A DNA stretch of 63,911 nt, filler included, from Pelomyxa schiedti (taxonomy: Eukaryota > Protista > Evosea), in NCBI GenBank assembly GCA_020536535.1. It is 15 parts of 15 records of this genome, joined end to end, with 100 filler letters (N's around TTAATTAATTAA, not from the genome) between each part and the next. Parts side by side here need not be neighbours in the genome. Positions count along the whole stretch, not along the records: positions 50,107 to 51,819 come from JAHLWZ010002317.1; positions 51,920 to 53,087 come from JAHLWZ010002741.1; positions 53,188 to 55,977 come from JAHLWZ010001886.1; positions 56,078 to 57,603 come from JAHLWZ010002440.1; positions 57,704 to 58,869 come from JAHLWZ010002747.1; positions 58,970 to 61,018 come from JAHLWZ010002160.1; positions 61,119 to 62,731 come from JAHLWZ010002384.1; 8 more parts are not named here. One strand, given 5' to 3'. Shown here piece by piece: positions 50,107 to 61,740 of the stretch. The notes under the pieces were generated by a model that was not told the origin of the DNA, made no database searches, and was given only the letters and a program-made list of their open reading frames with translations. The first letter of the stretch is position 1. Each line of letters starts with the position of its first letter. The position numbers and the translations under genes are program-made.

Positions 50107-51300
50107 CGAGTAGTGGAAGGACTTGCCCGCACTCACATGGCCGAATACTTCGAGTGGGCGTCATTGGAGTATAAGTCTTAACATTGTCTTAAAAACGGGA
50201 ATGTACTTGAAATTGGAAAAGAGAATCATTCAGCTGGAAATGCTGTTGCACAACTTGATTGATTGGAATAGGTTGACAACTTTTCAACTTAGGAACGTAT
50301 AGAATCATATGCTGCTTCACGTTCCCATTCCACACAAATTCAATGCATCTCAAGCTCATCTGGCCATCAGTTATTTTGAACAAGAAGGTACAGTCTAGGG
50401 CCGAAAATCTCATCAAACGAACTTCATCTTGTAAAAAGGCCAGATGCAGGGTGTCTAGCATGGTCCTTTGTTCTCAAGGTGATATTTTGGAAGTGATCTC
50501 CACAATATTCCTTCAACAAATCTTCACTTGCGGTGAAGGTTAGACGTGGGTGTCCCACTTAAACAAGCTCACGGAAAGACTTCAACCCCCACGCATGGGG
50601 GTTGGGGTGGCAAAGAGCCAGAATAACACTCCCAAAAAAGCACATGTCGCCAGTGGACAGCCACTTGGACAGTATTAGGCTCATCTTGGTTGAAATGGGA
50701 ACCTGCTATCAGATATAACAGCATTTGCAGTAAGAGTGATCTCATCAGCTTGTGGATCATTGTTTTATAGCAGGTCGTCCAATTCTTATGGGCCGCTGAT
50801 TACGTGGAATGGAACACCATGCGGTTCCAGTTCGCTGTTTTTCCTGCAAAGCCATCACTCTTGTACGAGTAGTTCTCACATCCTCCTGGTACAACTCCCG
50901 TGTACCTGCTACCCCTATGTACTGTTTCTTTGGGTGAGTTTCGCGTTTTCGTGTTTCGTTTTGTGGGTTTTTCCCCATGGTTACTCTTACTTATATACTT
51001 GCAGTGTTTACAAAATCCTCTGGTATACTTTGCGAAACCGTCGCACTTTGTTTGTGTTTCGTAAAAGACTTTGGTGTTGTATGTTACATATGTTAGTTTA
51101 CTCTTGAGAATACGATGATATCTTGTGTTGGTTCTGATTTCATCCCGGGCGCGTAACTGATGGCTGGGTAACAAGGAGAGGATAAACCCCTTTGTTTGAG
51201 TTCTCCAATTTGAAGTTGTATGTTGGGAACGAAGGAAAATCGGCCAAAGTCCAAAAGGACAGATTTTCTCTTTCGCTTGTAAACAGTGGAGTGCTTCAAG
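50107..51300 (-). mobile_element. Possible decayed MULE-type transposase
   Basis: ALDCTF..QMSL..NG..INQVVQQHF loosely resembles the MULE DDE core; frames disrupted. Confidence 0.25.
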
Positions 51301-51330
51301 AAAAGAAATTTTATTGTGTTTTTTGATCCA

Positions 51331-51819
51331 TCAGCTTCCGTTTTCTGACCCTACACTCAAACCAAGCCACATTCTGAGCTCAGGTGTGAGCAGTGCCCCG
51401 CTTTCTGACCTTTCATAGTCTCCTCCACATCCATCAAACTGACAGCGAATCTCCTCGATGGTGATGCCGAATTTGTGCATCGTGAACGTGGCGATTGACG
51501 GAGAATTGACAGCAACCAGCATGAGGTGCTTCCGTATCACATCCGCGTCTATCTTCGAGAATTTTCTCAGGATCATCTTCCATGTCTCCAGGTCAATGAC
51601 AAAGCTGTTTCCCCGTGACGGGCGCAACCGGTTCGCGAACATATCAATGACCTATTTGTGGATAAAGTCAGAAGAAGTTACTGATGCATTTTGGTGTATT
51701 GGCACTGCACTCACCTCATCAAGAGTGATTTCAAAGGAATCAATGAGCCATTCTACGCAACTCGGTTTCTTTCTCGTGATAAGGTTGAAGAGAAGGCTGT
51801 TGTGATTCTGTTTGATGTG
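51331..51819 (-). CDS. Ankyrin-like repeat family protein, C-terminal fragment
   Basis: LLFNLITRKKPSCVEWLIDSFEITLDE|intron|VIDMF..; same repeat style as 59932-61018. Confidence 0.55.
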
Positions 51820-51919
51820 NNNNNNNNNNNNNNNNNNNNNNNNNNNNNNNNNNNNNNNNNNNNTTAATTAATTAANNNNNNNNNNNNNNNNNNNNNNNNN
51901 NNNNNNNNNNNNNNNNNNN

Positions 51920-53087
51920 GTGTGTGATGGCTTGCTGGGTTTCGGTGGTGCACTCAGGGGAATTGGGAGGTTGTAGTGTGCATAAAGAACCGGCATAGGG
52001 ATGCGCTGACAGACAAGTTGAGCAGGGGACAGGAAATCAATCATTTGGTCTATTGGAAGCACGCCATTACAAACCATGTCCGCTTTGGAACTCAAGAAAC
52101 TATGTGGGAAAGGTTAATATCTTATCACAGTTAGTAAAAGTCATCACTCACGACGGAAAAACGAGCCCAGGGCAATCGCATAACATGATTTTGGGATCCT
52201 TGGAGAAGTAAGGGAGGGAATAAAGAAAAATAACAGGCACACCAAAATTATAGTTTGCAAGTGTTTTGTCCTTCCAGGCGTTGCTGTAACTGAAACACGT
52301 TTTTCTCCGCAGAGAGCATTTATTGTTGACGATTTTCCTACATTTGGATACCCAACCTACTGAAATAAGAACGAAATTTAATGAGAATTCAACGCACCAT
52401 GCCAATGGTGATCTTCGAGGGATCTCGTTTGTGTGGACTTGGATTCTTGAGGAAGTAGTTTTTGATATGTAACCTTGCCACATTAAATACGTGCAGAAGT
52501 TCGTGCGCCGTGAAAACACGTGCTGAGTATCTAAGCTTTTCTTCCTCTGAACTTGAGGGTCCGGGGACTGCTGGACGTTCGGGGTTTTGCTCGGGTGGCT
52601 GACTGTCGGTCCTCGTTTTAATCTCACGGAGAGCGGACCAGAAAATGTACTCAATGTTCTGGTAAATACATAAGTAAAAACATTAAGTCATAGTGATCAT
52701 ACATGTGCCCTGAAGTACCGAGCCCAATGGATTCTCTGTGCTTCTGTTAAGAAATCTGCTTTGTTAACCAACAGGACGTTTAATTTGTAGTCTCCTGTCT
52801 CTTTGGTATACTTTATGAGGTCTTCGTTCATATAGAACAAGGGGTCTCTATAGAACAACAAGAGGATGTCAAATACGTTAGGAGGAAGAAGCCATCATAC
52901 CTTGCATCCACAATTTGTACAAGAGCATCGCTCTTCTCAAGAACTCTCCACAGTTGTCTCCATATTTCGATGTTTTTTTCATATGGTGTGAGTAACAATT
53001 TCTCCTTTTCCTCTAGTAAAGCCAACTGTCTTCGCCATTCTAGAAAGGAAATATTCTCCAAGTGCGTGAGTTCTTCAATGGACATTG
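51920..53087 (-). CDS. LSG1: Large-subunit GTPase LSG1 (internal fragment)
   Basis: [40 protein letters not shown]; NKAD; [12 protein letters not shown]; [10 protein letters not shown]; DCPGLVFP; GVLPIDQM. Confidence 0.95.
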
Positions 53088-53188
53088 NNNNNNNNNNNNN
53101 NNNNNNNNNNNNNNNNNNNNNNNNNNNNNNNTTAATTAATTAANNNNNNNNNNNNNNNNNNNNNNNNNNNNNNNNNNNNNNNNNNNNA

Positions 53189-55977
53189 TTAATTAAACAC
53201 TATACAAAGGCTAGAGTGACAATAATTTTTTTTCCTTTGTCCGCCCGGTTGGCCCAACGCCCACGAGCCGACCAGCCAAAACAACGGAACAGGTGCATTA
53301 CTATGAGGAGGCCGTGAAATTGGTCGTTGTTGGTGGGGTCTTCGAACGTCCAGACAAACGTCCACAAAACTATCAACATAACAGAAAGGAAAAAAAAAAC
53401 ACCGAGTGACGCTGGACCGAGTCCGGACGGGGAAGGGAGCCCCATCCCCCTGGTGGGGTGCAGGGGCGAAGCCCCGCCGGGGGGCAGGGGCGGAGCCCCG
53501 CCAGGTTCTAGGGCGGAGCCCTAGCACCCCCACAAAAAAAAATCCCCCATCCCCCTGTCCTTACCCTCACCACACATTTACAAGAAATTTTTTGGCGATT
53601 GTTTTCTTTAGTGTTGTGGAACCTCCATCGTCACACCAACTGTGTGTCGTTGTTGTTGCAGCTTCTTCTTATTTGTTTCCTTTGTTGTAGCTTGCCATCT
53701 ACAAACCTTGATTGAAATTGAGCGTCAACTTCAGAGGGAGGTTGCCAGTGACCAACATCATGAGTGTAGGCAGAGCTGTCACCATTACTCAGATAGTGAC
53801 ACTGATGTGAATGATGATTATGTGGAGGAGGAACAACTGCCACATCATCATCTGCATCCTGTATCGAATACTAACATTGACACAACTGTGGTTTTGAGAG
53901 CCACAACACCAGCACCAGTTACTACAACAGTAACCACAACAACAATGACAACAACAACAACAACCACAGCCAACACAACAAACACAACGAACACTGCACC
54001 AGCTGCAACAATGACAACCACCTTAGAACCCCTAGAACGTGGAGGTTGTGGAGGTACAGCACACATGGTTTTTGGAATTCCAGTGCAAAAAAATCTGGAT
54101 ATTGTTTCTCCTTCTTCCAAGATGGACAACTGTATGTGGCTATGAGTCACTTTCCTACATCTGTATGCCTTTTATGTGGCCCAGATGCTGTACATGAGAG
54201 AGTTGTTTTGTCCAGAAATATTATCTTTCTTTGGCTTTTGGAAATGGTTCAAGGTCACAGACTTTACCCAGAGGAGCCAAATAGAAGACAGTGTCTTCAA
54301 CTAAACAGTGTGCACTTCACATCAAGCTGGGGACACTATCAGCAACAGCAAAGAGATTCTTTTGGATTAGTGACCAGAGGAAGAAGACAAGGAAGAGGAG
54401 GACAAAGAGGAGGAAGAGGAGGACAAGGAAGAGGAGGAAGAGGAGGAGCAGACAATTACAGGGAATTTGCCTTTAGACATCAAACACACAGTTGTTTTTT
54501 GATGCCTCTACTAATTGAAGCATTACATTTGGGGGGTGTGCACATTCCATCATCTCACCCAGAACAATGGGGTGATCCAAATCAGTGGCGACATCCAACT
54601 TGAGCTGGACCAAGCTGGAGAGGTAGCCACAGCAGCACATTTTCAGTTTCCACAAGCCCAAAACCCTTAAAATCAAGACACTTAAGGGGAGACATTCAAG
54701 GACAAAATGCCTTGAGGTCAGCAATCAAATTCCCCACATCTCCTTCCAATGGGATTGACAACTATGAGGTGGCAGACCTATTCCTTTGCCATCTCCCTCA
54801 GAAGTTGAACTGCCACCTTTCCTGGCATTTGTGGGCAGCAAAGCATGGAAAGTCTGAAGTTGATGGGCACTTTGGGCTGCTGTCCCGATTTTACAATGAG
54901 GAGACAAAGAAAACTAGAATTGACACAATGGAGCAGTTCATTCCGGAAATGCAGTCTGCCATTGAGAAGGATCACTTGATGAAAAATGTCTTTATCTTGA
55001 AGTATGTTGTTTGTTCAATTCACCCCCTCAAAGAAAAATAAGCCCAATTTTTCTTAGTCTTCCTCTTCTTCATATCTCAAGGTACCCTGCAGGCATCTCC
55101 CAGATAATCTTGAAAACAACTTCGGCTGAGTCATGTAGTTTTCCTCTGTGAAATTTTGCCCCACCCTTTTTGCCTGGGGCAAAATTTGATAGAGGAAAAC
55201 CACAGAGAAAAATTTCACCCCCTGGGCAAAATTCCAGAGATAAGTTTCTTTATAAGGAAGTTGACTTGGACTTGGGACGAACCAGCCACCAGACTGTGCA
55301 CTGTGACGTGGTGTGTTGTGACCATTGGACAGTGTAGAGTTGTTTGCCCCCAAGACCTGTGTTGCCGGAAAGGTGAGAGTCATCAGGCCCACAGTCATCT
55401 TCTCAAGGTGTCCCCAAACCAGGCGCCGCCTGACTGAGAAATGGGGTCTAGAGCACATATGTGAAAGTTCGCTGTTGTGACAGAGGAGTATGGGCACGGG
55501 ACTGATTGATGATTGCGAAAAAAAGGTAGGTGAGCACAGCCCACTGTCATCACCACCACCACCTTGCACAAACACACACGTGGTACAGCAGCAGGGAGCT
55601 GCTGATGCACCCCAGGTTCAATCACAGTTGCTGCAACAACTTCATATCTGGGTCAAAGGGCGGCTGTTTTTTTCCCTATCACTTTCCTGTAAAAAAAGCC
55701 GCCCAGCCACCCCCTCAAAACAGCCGCCCGGTGGCTGTTTTAATAAGGAAAAAAAAATAAAACAGCTGCCTGGGCAGCTGTTTTACCAATGGGGAAAAGC
55801 CATGTTTTTTCACTGTTTTTAACAGGTTTGAGTCTGCAACATGTAGACAAGGTGGGCAGTTGGTATTTCTAAGGGGAAAATTTTTTTTGTTTTGTGAAGA
55901 ACATATGTGGACCCTTGTGAAAAAACAGCTGCCACCTCACACCAAACAAGTGCAAGGTAAATTTTTGTATTGTTACA
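53189..55977 (+). mobile_element. Defective DNA transposon, Sola2-like DDD transposase relic with palindromic subterminal repeats
   Basis: HLWAAKHGKSEVDGHFGLL (HGK-x3-DG motif) at ~54825-54880; PHD-like DVVCCDH relic; stops and frameshifts; AAAACAGC..GCTGTTTT palindromes at 55717-55784. Confidence 0.6.
53451..53533. repeat. GC-rich multi-hairpin (three GCGNAGC mini-hairpins inside an outer stem)
   Basis: GGGGC-GAA-GCCCC, GGGGC-GGA-GCCCC and CTAGGGC-GGA-GCCCTAG, enclosed by GTGGGGTGC..GCACCCCCAC. Confidence 0.85.
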
Positions 55978-56077
55978 NNNNNNNNNNNNNNNNNNNNNNN
56001 NNNNNNNNNNNNNNNNNNNNNTTAATTAATTAANNNNNNNNNNNNNNNNNNNNNNNNNNNNNNNNNNNNNNNNNNNN

Positions 56078-56509
56078 CGTTGTAAGTGAAGACAGCCACC
56101 AATGGAATAGTACCGGATTTCCCAAAACCAGATGTGTCGTCTATATCTACCACGGCACTACCAGAGAATATATCCCCAATAGCATCAGGGTACAGTGCAA
56201 TGGGCTTATTAACCCACTGAATGGCATCAACACTCTGAGCATGTCCCCAGTGCATTGGCCCCCAAGTGCTTCCATACGGATAATACTGATAAAACAAGTG
56301 GTACCACCCATCGTGATAAAACTATTTACTGCAGTTGGAGGAGTGTAGAGCGCCGCATGATTTTTTTTTTTTTAAAAAGGTCAAACCATGCCATTTGGGT
56401 CGTTCATCCAGTTTTCAGGCGGCGTGAAGTGAAACTGAGGGCGATAGGTCTCCTCGTATGTAGCTTCAGCACAACACCCCACAAACCACAAAAATGCTAC
56501 GGCGAGCAT
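56078..56509 (-). CDS. Secreted GH32 beta-fructofuranosidase/levanase (bacterial SacC type), 5' part
   Basis: Signal peptide; [20 protein letters not shown]|intron|[45 protein letters not shown]. Confidence 0.93.
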
Positions 56510-57140
56510 CTTCGACGCTGTCGCAGTTCCGGTCACCCTCTTCTCGTCCCCTCCCATTCTACTACGACTTCACGTTTTTTTTTTTTTGATTTCCTGAGGG
56601 AACCTTCGTTCCAAGAAAACTTTCGTCGTCGAAACTTTTGTTGTAGAGAGGAGAAATTTGTAATAGAAATAAAATTTCTTTTTCTATGGTTAGGTATCGG
56701 TGGCAGAAAGCCGAGGAAGGATGGGGCTGGGATTGTCCATCAATTGATGGGAAGTGGTAGAGTTCTTCCCTGTTAGAAGTAAGAAGGTAATCCAAACACT
56801 AGTATGCAGACAGGATGAAAGTGCACTGTGGGAGACAGCTGTTGTGTTGGGGCTGAGCGATTGAGAAGTGGAAGTTGGTTGTTGGAGTTAGTGAGGAGAT
56901 GCGGCAGTTGCATAAATGGTTTGGGAGGGAATATGTTGTTGAGTAAGGGGGGTGTTGTTCCCTAAGTTCATCAGTTGTATACAGGACCACGAATTGCTTT
57001 GAGTAAATTAATTGTCTGAGGAGGTTTAAAAAAGCAAACAAAAATTATGGTATTGAAAGACAGGTAGTCCTTGTCATGATTCACAACTTCCTCATTAAAA
57101 AAAAAAACAACAACACTAAACCTCTGTGTCCTTAGGAACC

Positions 57141-57603
57141 TTATGTCCACTTGCTGTGGAGATTGTTACTGCTGCTTTTTGTTTCCCATTCCAAACACCT
57201 CCACTGATTTCCTAAGAGTGCCGAGAGACACTTTGACCGAACCGGCACTTCCAGCCCTCGCAGTTCTGGTAAAACCAGTAACACCTCTGACACCAGTTCT
57301 TTGACAGCCAGAAGAATCCAACATGCTTCCACTGTTGTTTGTGGCAATAGAAAACAAGTTAGTCGGTGTACAAAAGGAAGGAGCCACAAACCTTGGTTGT
57401 TGCATCCTGCCCCAAGATTGCAACTGTGCGCCGAAGTTTCTGGTTAACTTCAAGCTCCCAATCCACAATATATCCAATCCAAAAATCCAAAGGGTACCTT
57501 GTGCGAAATTGAGGGGTTAATTAATTGGGAAGCACCACACACCTTGTTTTGTGGGTCAATGAAATGATGTAATATCTCAGGGTTAAGGAAGGGTTTACTG
57601 TAG
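57141..57603 (-). CDS. Hypothetical protein, 3' exons
   Basis: Open exons separated by short GT-AG introns; no recognisable motif. Confidence 0.35.
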
Positions 57604-58357
57604 NNNNNNNNNNNNNNNNNNNNNNNNNNNNNNNNNNNNNNNNNNNNTTAATTAATTAANNNNNNNNNNNNNNNNNNNNNNNNNNNNNNNNNNNNNNNNN
57701 NNNAATAGCCACCACTCTCAAAATACCAAACACACAATTCTCAAACACCATTAGGCCGCTTATGATTCCAAGAGCACTTGCACTGAAGAAAATGCATACA
57801 TCAGCAACAACACCCCCAAAAGGTGCAACAGTAACAACAGACCCACCAAGCAAATCCTCAGGAGATTCATGAAGCCACTTCTGTGTGACGGAAATTTAAA
57901 ATAAAAACCCAAAGTCCAACTGACTAATAAAGTAGTCACATTACCACCTCATTGTACTGACACTGACACAAAACAAAGAAAACAAACAACAACTTCCCAC
58001 AAGAACACAAGTACAATGTGGTACGTAGCTTCTTGGGTTCTCCACAGATTAGAGCAATCTAATCTGCTGGAGCACCAATAGGCTGTCGACATCAAAGAAA
58101 ACGATGGCTGTGTGGTTGTAGTGCTCTCTCCAGTCAATATACTCCAAACATCAAACACAACGAAGACAACCACCATACCACAGCCACAATGGCGACATTT
58201 CTCCACAAGTGTGGCTAATCCATCCACTCACTGAGAGAGTACTCTAATTCCCTCGGTCTCGGCCAATAAAAGTTGATCGTGATTGTAGCCAGAAGCCTTT
58301 TCCGAATTACTTAGCCGAACCAGAGGCGTAAAAAAGTACACCACACGACGAGGAGGA

Positions 58358-58869
58358 ATGGGAGACAGCGTGTCGCGCAAGATGATGAACGCGGAGACGG
58401 AGGACGAGGCGACCGTGAAACGAGCGCTAGCCGACTGCATCAAAGAATCATCTCGTTTGGTTACCGAACTCGTGCGTCTGCTCTGCGTCTCCTCCACTTT
58501 TCCTTTTTTTTTCTCCTCTCGAGAGGAGTCGTACAACTATGGTTTAAAAAAAAAAAACCAAAACTATGGTTAATGGATGATAAAATGATAGGAGGAGTCA
58601 TCAAAGAGGTGGTACTATAGCTCGGCTCCGGCCAGCACAATAAAAACTCCTGTTGATGTCTCCGATGCATTGTGCAAGAGCGAGCCTGTTCAGGTGTTGG
58701 TGAAGCTACTGTGCACGCCGGCAACAAGCACCGCTGCTACAACAGAGACAAGTGGGAAGGGTGGTGTTATTGGGGGCGATCAACTGTCACAGTTGGTTAC
58801 TATGCTCTCTGATACTCTGGCTTCTGAGGATTCTGCGAAGAGGCGGTCGGGGACTGCTGTATTCGCGTC
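58358..58869 (+). CDS. HEAT-repeat protein N-terminus, possibly MMS19-like (truncated)
   Basis: LSQLVTMLSDTLASEDSAKRRSGTAVF resembles the MMS19 N-terminal L..LV..L...L..ED...R..G pattern. Confidence 0.35.
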
Positions 58870-58969
58870 NNNNNNNNNNNNNNNNNNNNNNNNNNNNNNN
58901 NNNNNNNNNNNNNTTAATTAATTAANNNNNNNNNNNNNNNNNNNNNNNNNNNNNNNNNNNNNNNNNNNN

Positions 58970-59729
58970 ACCCACACGAGGCCCTCACGTATTCTCTCAC
59001 CTTGTCCCTCAACGTGGTCCTGATCACCACATCATTCCCCCTTGTTCTGCATTCAGCCTCCACACAATACACATCACTCCACCCCTCCACGCACCGGCCA
59101 TCCCACAATGCCGGCAACGTGCCCACGTTCGTTGTCCCACCGTCGCCAAGCAACATTCGTGCCTCCACCAAGGAGTTTCTCCACACGAGCCCAGTCAGCA
59201 CAGCACTCACCTCCTTGATGGCAACCTGCTCCCGGTGCCTGACGGTGCGGTGGCCATCACTTGCCATTCCGTTTGCGTTGCAGTGCCTGTGCCTTACAAT
59301 CCACGCCACGCACGCGGGGCACCGCGACCCCGCCGCCACAGCGAGGAGGCGGTACGAGCCGTCGCCCGAGTGCGCCATGACCCTGCGGCACACGAGGGCC
59401 AGCAGCGGGAACATCGCCTCGGCCAGCCTGAACAGCGACTGGACACCGAGGCCCGCCCCGGCCGTCGGCGCCACGACGACGAGTTCCCAGACCACCCGCG
59501 AGACGCGGAGCGTCGGCAGCGCCCTCACGCCGGCACTAGCAACAGCACCAGCACCAGCAGCAGGACTGGTTGTTGGAGTGAGGATACTGTGGTGCTGTGG
59601 GGTGTGTGTGGCCGTCGACGGACCGCTGCGTTGTTGAGGTTCTGTGAGTTGTGTTGACGACGCAGGTGCAGTGGAGGAGCGAGCCTGCGGGGGCACATCT
59701 GTTGTTGGTGACGAGGCGTTGACCCCCAT
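58970..59729 (-). CDS. Ankyrin-like repeat family protein, paralog A (MGVNASS.., truncated)
   Basis: Shares LPTLRVSRVVW, RLAEA.FPL, HREQVAIKEVSA, LGDGGTTNVGTLPALWDGRC and TTLRDKVREYV with 59932-61018. Confidence 0.75.
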
Positions 59730-59931
59730 GATCTTTCTTTTGATGTTTGGGGCCCACTCGTTTCCGATGGTGGTTCTTAAAAAACCACCCAGAAGCTCAG
59801 TTTTCCGTCGAAACGAGAATCTTCCTTCCCTCTTCGTGATCACAGATCCAGAAGGATTGGCACCGAGAAGGAGCCACACGAGAGCCGCGTTTGCGGGCCT
59901 CTTCAAATAATAATAAAAAAAACCAACAGTG

Positions 59932-61018
59932 ATGGGTGGTAACACGTCATCGGTCGCAGTACTGCCCCCGCAGGTGATGCCCCTCTGTGTCACCATCACC
60001 ACAGCAACACAAACACAGAAACGCCAATGTTCCATCATCGCCGAAGCGACTCCCACAAGTGGCTGCATCGACAGGGCGCTGCCCACGCTTCGCGTTTCCC
60101 GAGTGGTGTGGGACATCGTCGTGCAGCCCGGGTGGCTGGATTGGTGCACCTACGCGCTGCTGCGGCTGGCCGAAGCATTGTTCCCGCTCGTTGGCCTCGT
60201 CTGCCGTAGGCTGTTGCTCCTGCTCGGAGCCAGTTCGTACTCCCTCATTTCAGATGCTGCGAGGCTACTGTGCCCCTCGTGCGTCGCGTGGATTGTCAAG
60301 CACAGGCGAATTAACACGGGCCCACAATGGTGCCCGCCCCGTTCGGCCATATCGAGCAGCAGCACTATGCTCATCACAGTGAGTGATGATGGTGATGACG
60401 CGAAGCACCGGGAGCAGGTTGCCATCAAGGAGGTGAGTGCTGCGGTGACTGGGCTTGTCAAAGGGCGCCACTTGGAGGAGGCAAGAATGTTTCTTGGTGA
60501 TGGTGGGACAACAAACGTGGGCACGTTGCCGGCATTGTGGGATGGCCGGTGCATGGAGGGGTGGAGGGATGTGTATTGTCTGGGAAACGAATGCCTCTTA
60601 GCAAGGGGTAGTGTGGTGATCAGGACCACTTTGAGGGACAAGGTGAGAGAATATGTGAAGGCTTCGTGTGGGCCATACCGTAGAAGTAGAGGTGCATTGG
60701 AAAGTGGTTGTGGGAGTGGCAACCTGGAGCTCGTCAAGTGGCTCGTGTCTTTCCTCAGAATCGGGAAGGATGAGGCTCCTTGGATTCTTTACCCAAACCC
60801 ACTGCGGAGTGCAATGGGGAGTGGAGATATGGGGGTTATCAGTTGGTTGTTTGACAAGTTTGACTTGGTGAAGCTCCACCCATCCGTACTCACGAATCTT
60901 GTGGAAGACTGTGCAAGTGGTCAATGTCCAAGCAACATCAAGTGGTGTTTTGAGAAATTTCCTGTGGTCAAGAGTTGTGCACACACACCCAAGTTTCAAA
61001 GAGCACTACTTGGCAACA
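59932..61018 (+). CDS. Ankyrin-like repeat family protein, paralog B (MGGNTSS.., truncated)
   Basis: Long ORF with degenerate ankyrin repeats GSGNLELVKWLV and GSGDMGVISWLFDKF. Confidence 0.8.
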
Positions 61019-61170
61019 NNNNNNNNNNNNNNNNNNNNNNNNNNNNNNNNNNNNNNNNNNNNTTAATTAATTAANNNNNNNNNNNNNNNNNNNNNNNNNN
61101 NNNNNNNNNNNNNNNNNNTAACCCAACCCAACCAATTGAGCTGGCACCATCAATCAGGGACAACAGCAAG

Positions 61171-61740
61171 TCACACAAGGGGAACACAGTGAGGAAGTTC
61201 ATGGCTCATTCTGGATTCATTTTTGGTGTGTTTGGCAATGTGATTGATGTGATGGAGCCCACAACTGGGTTCTTGTGCCTCACAATAAAGCTCCCAGGAC
61301 TGACTCCCACTGTTAACCTTTCCATTCCCTTCTCTGGTTTCTCCTCCTGACTGGCCAGTATATACATTTGATGTATGAGTATCTGAGTGGAAGGTTTCTT
61401 GGTATCCACAAAGAAAAAGAGTTATTGGGTTTTCTATTATACTTCCCCTAAAACAGTTTACACCAGCCAGCTGGAGTGTTGTCTTCCAGCCAGCAAAGTG
61501 TTTGATAGCCATCACATGGTGTGGGGTCTTACACAAGGCGTTGCACCCAGCAAATTGTGTGTCAGCCAGATTGTTTGACAGCAAGCACTTGGCACAGGAG
61601 CATACATCTAGGTGGAAGCTGACAAATTGGGAGCAAAAAGCCTGTCACAGTCAGTCTGTGGTGGGGAGCAATTTCTTGCAACACCACACACACCCAACCA
61701 CGGCTGACATTACGACGGCCTACAGTTGACCGCCTCAATT
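61171..61740 (-). mobile_element. Retroviral-type (rve) integrase relic (LTR retrotransposon or Ginger-like)
   Basis: Degenerate H.V.AI..FAGW / GYQETFHSD / Y..QSGG..RE.NG.V / WE..IN..H..NES..HEL in rve order; about 420 bp with no CpG. Confidence 0.5.

Noticed and set aside
58914-60149. 411-aa minus-strand ORF overlapping the plus-strand ORF, suggesting antisense coding
   Set aside because: The upstream part is just the antisense of paralog B plus the spacer. The homologous start is MGVNASS at 59729.
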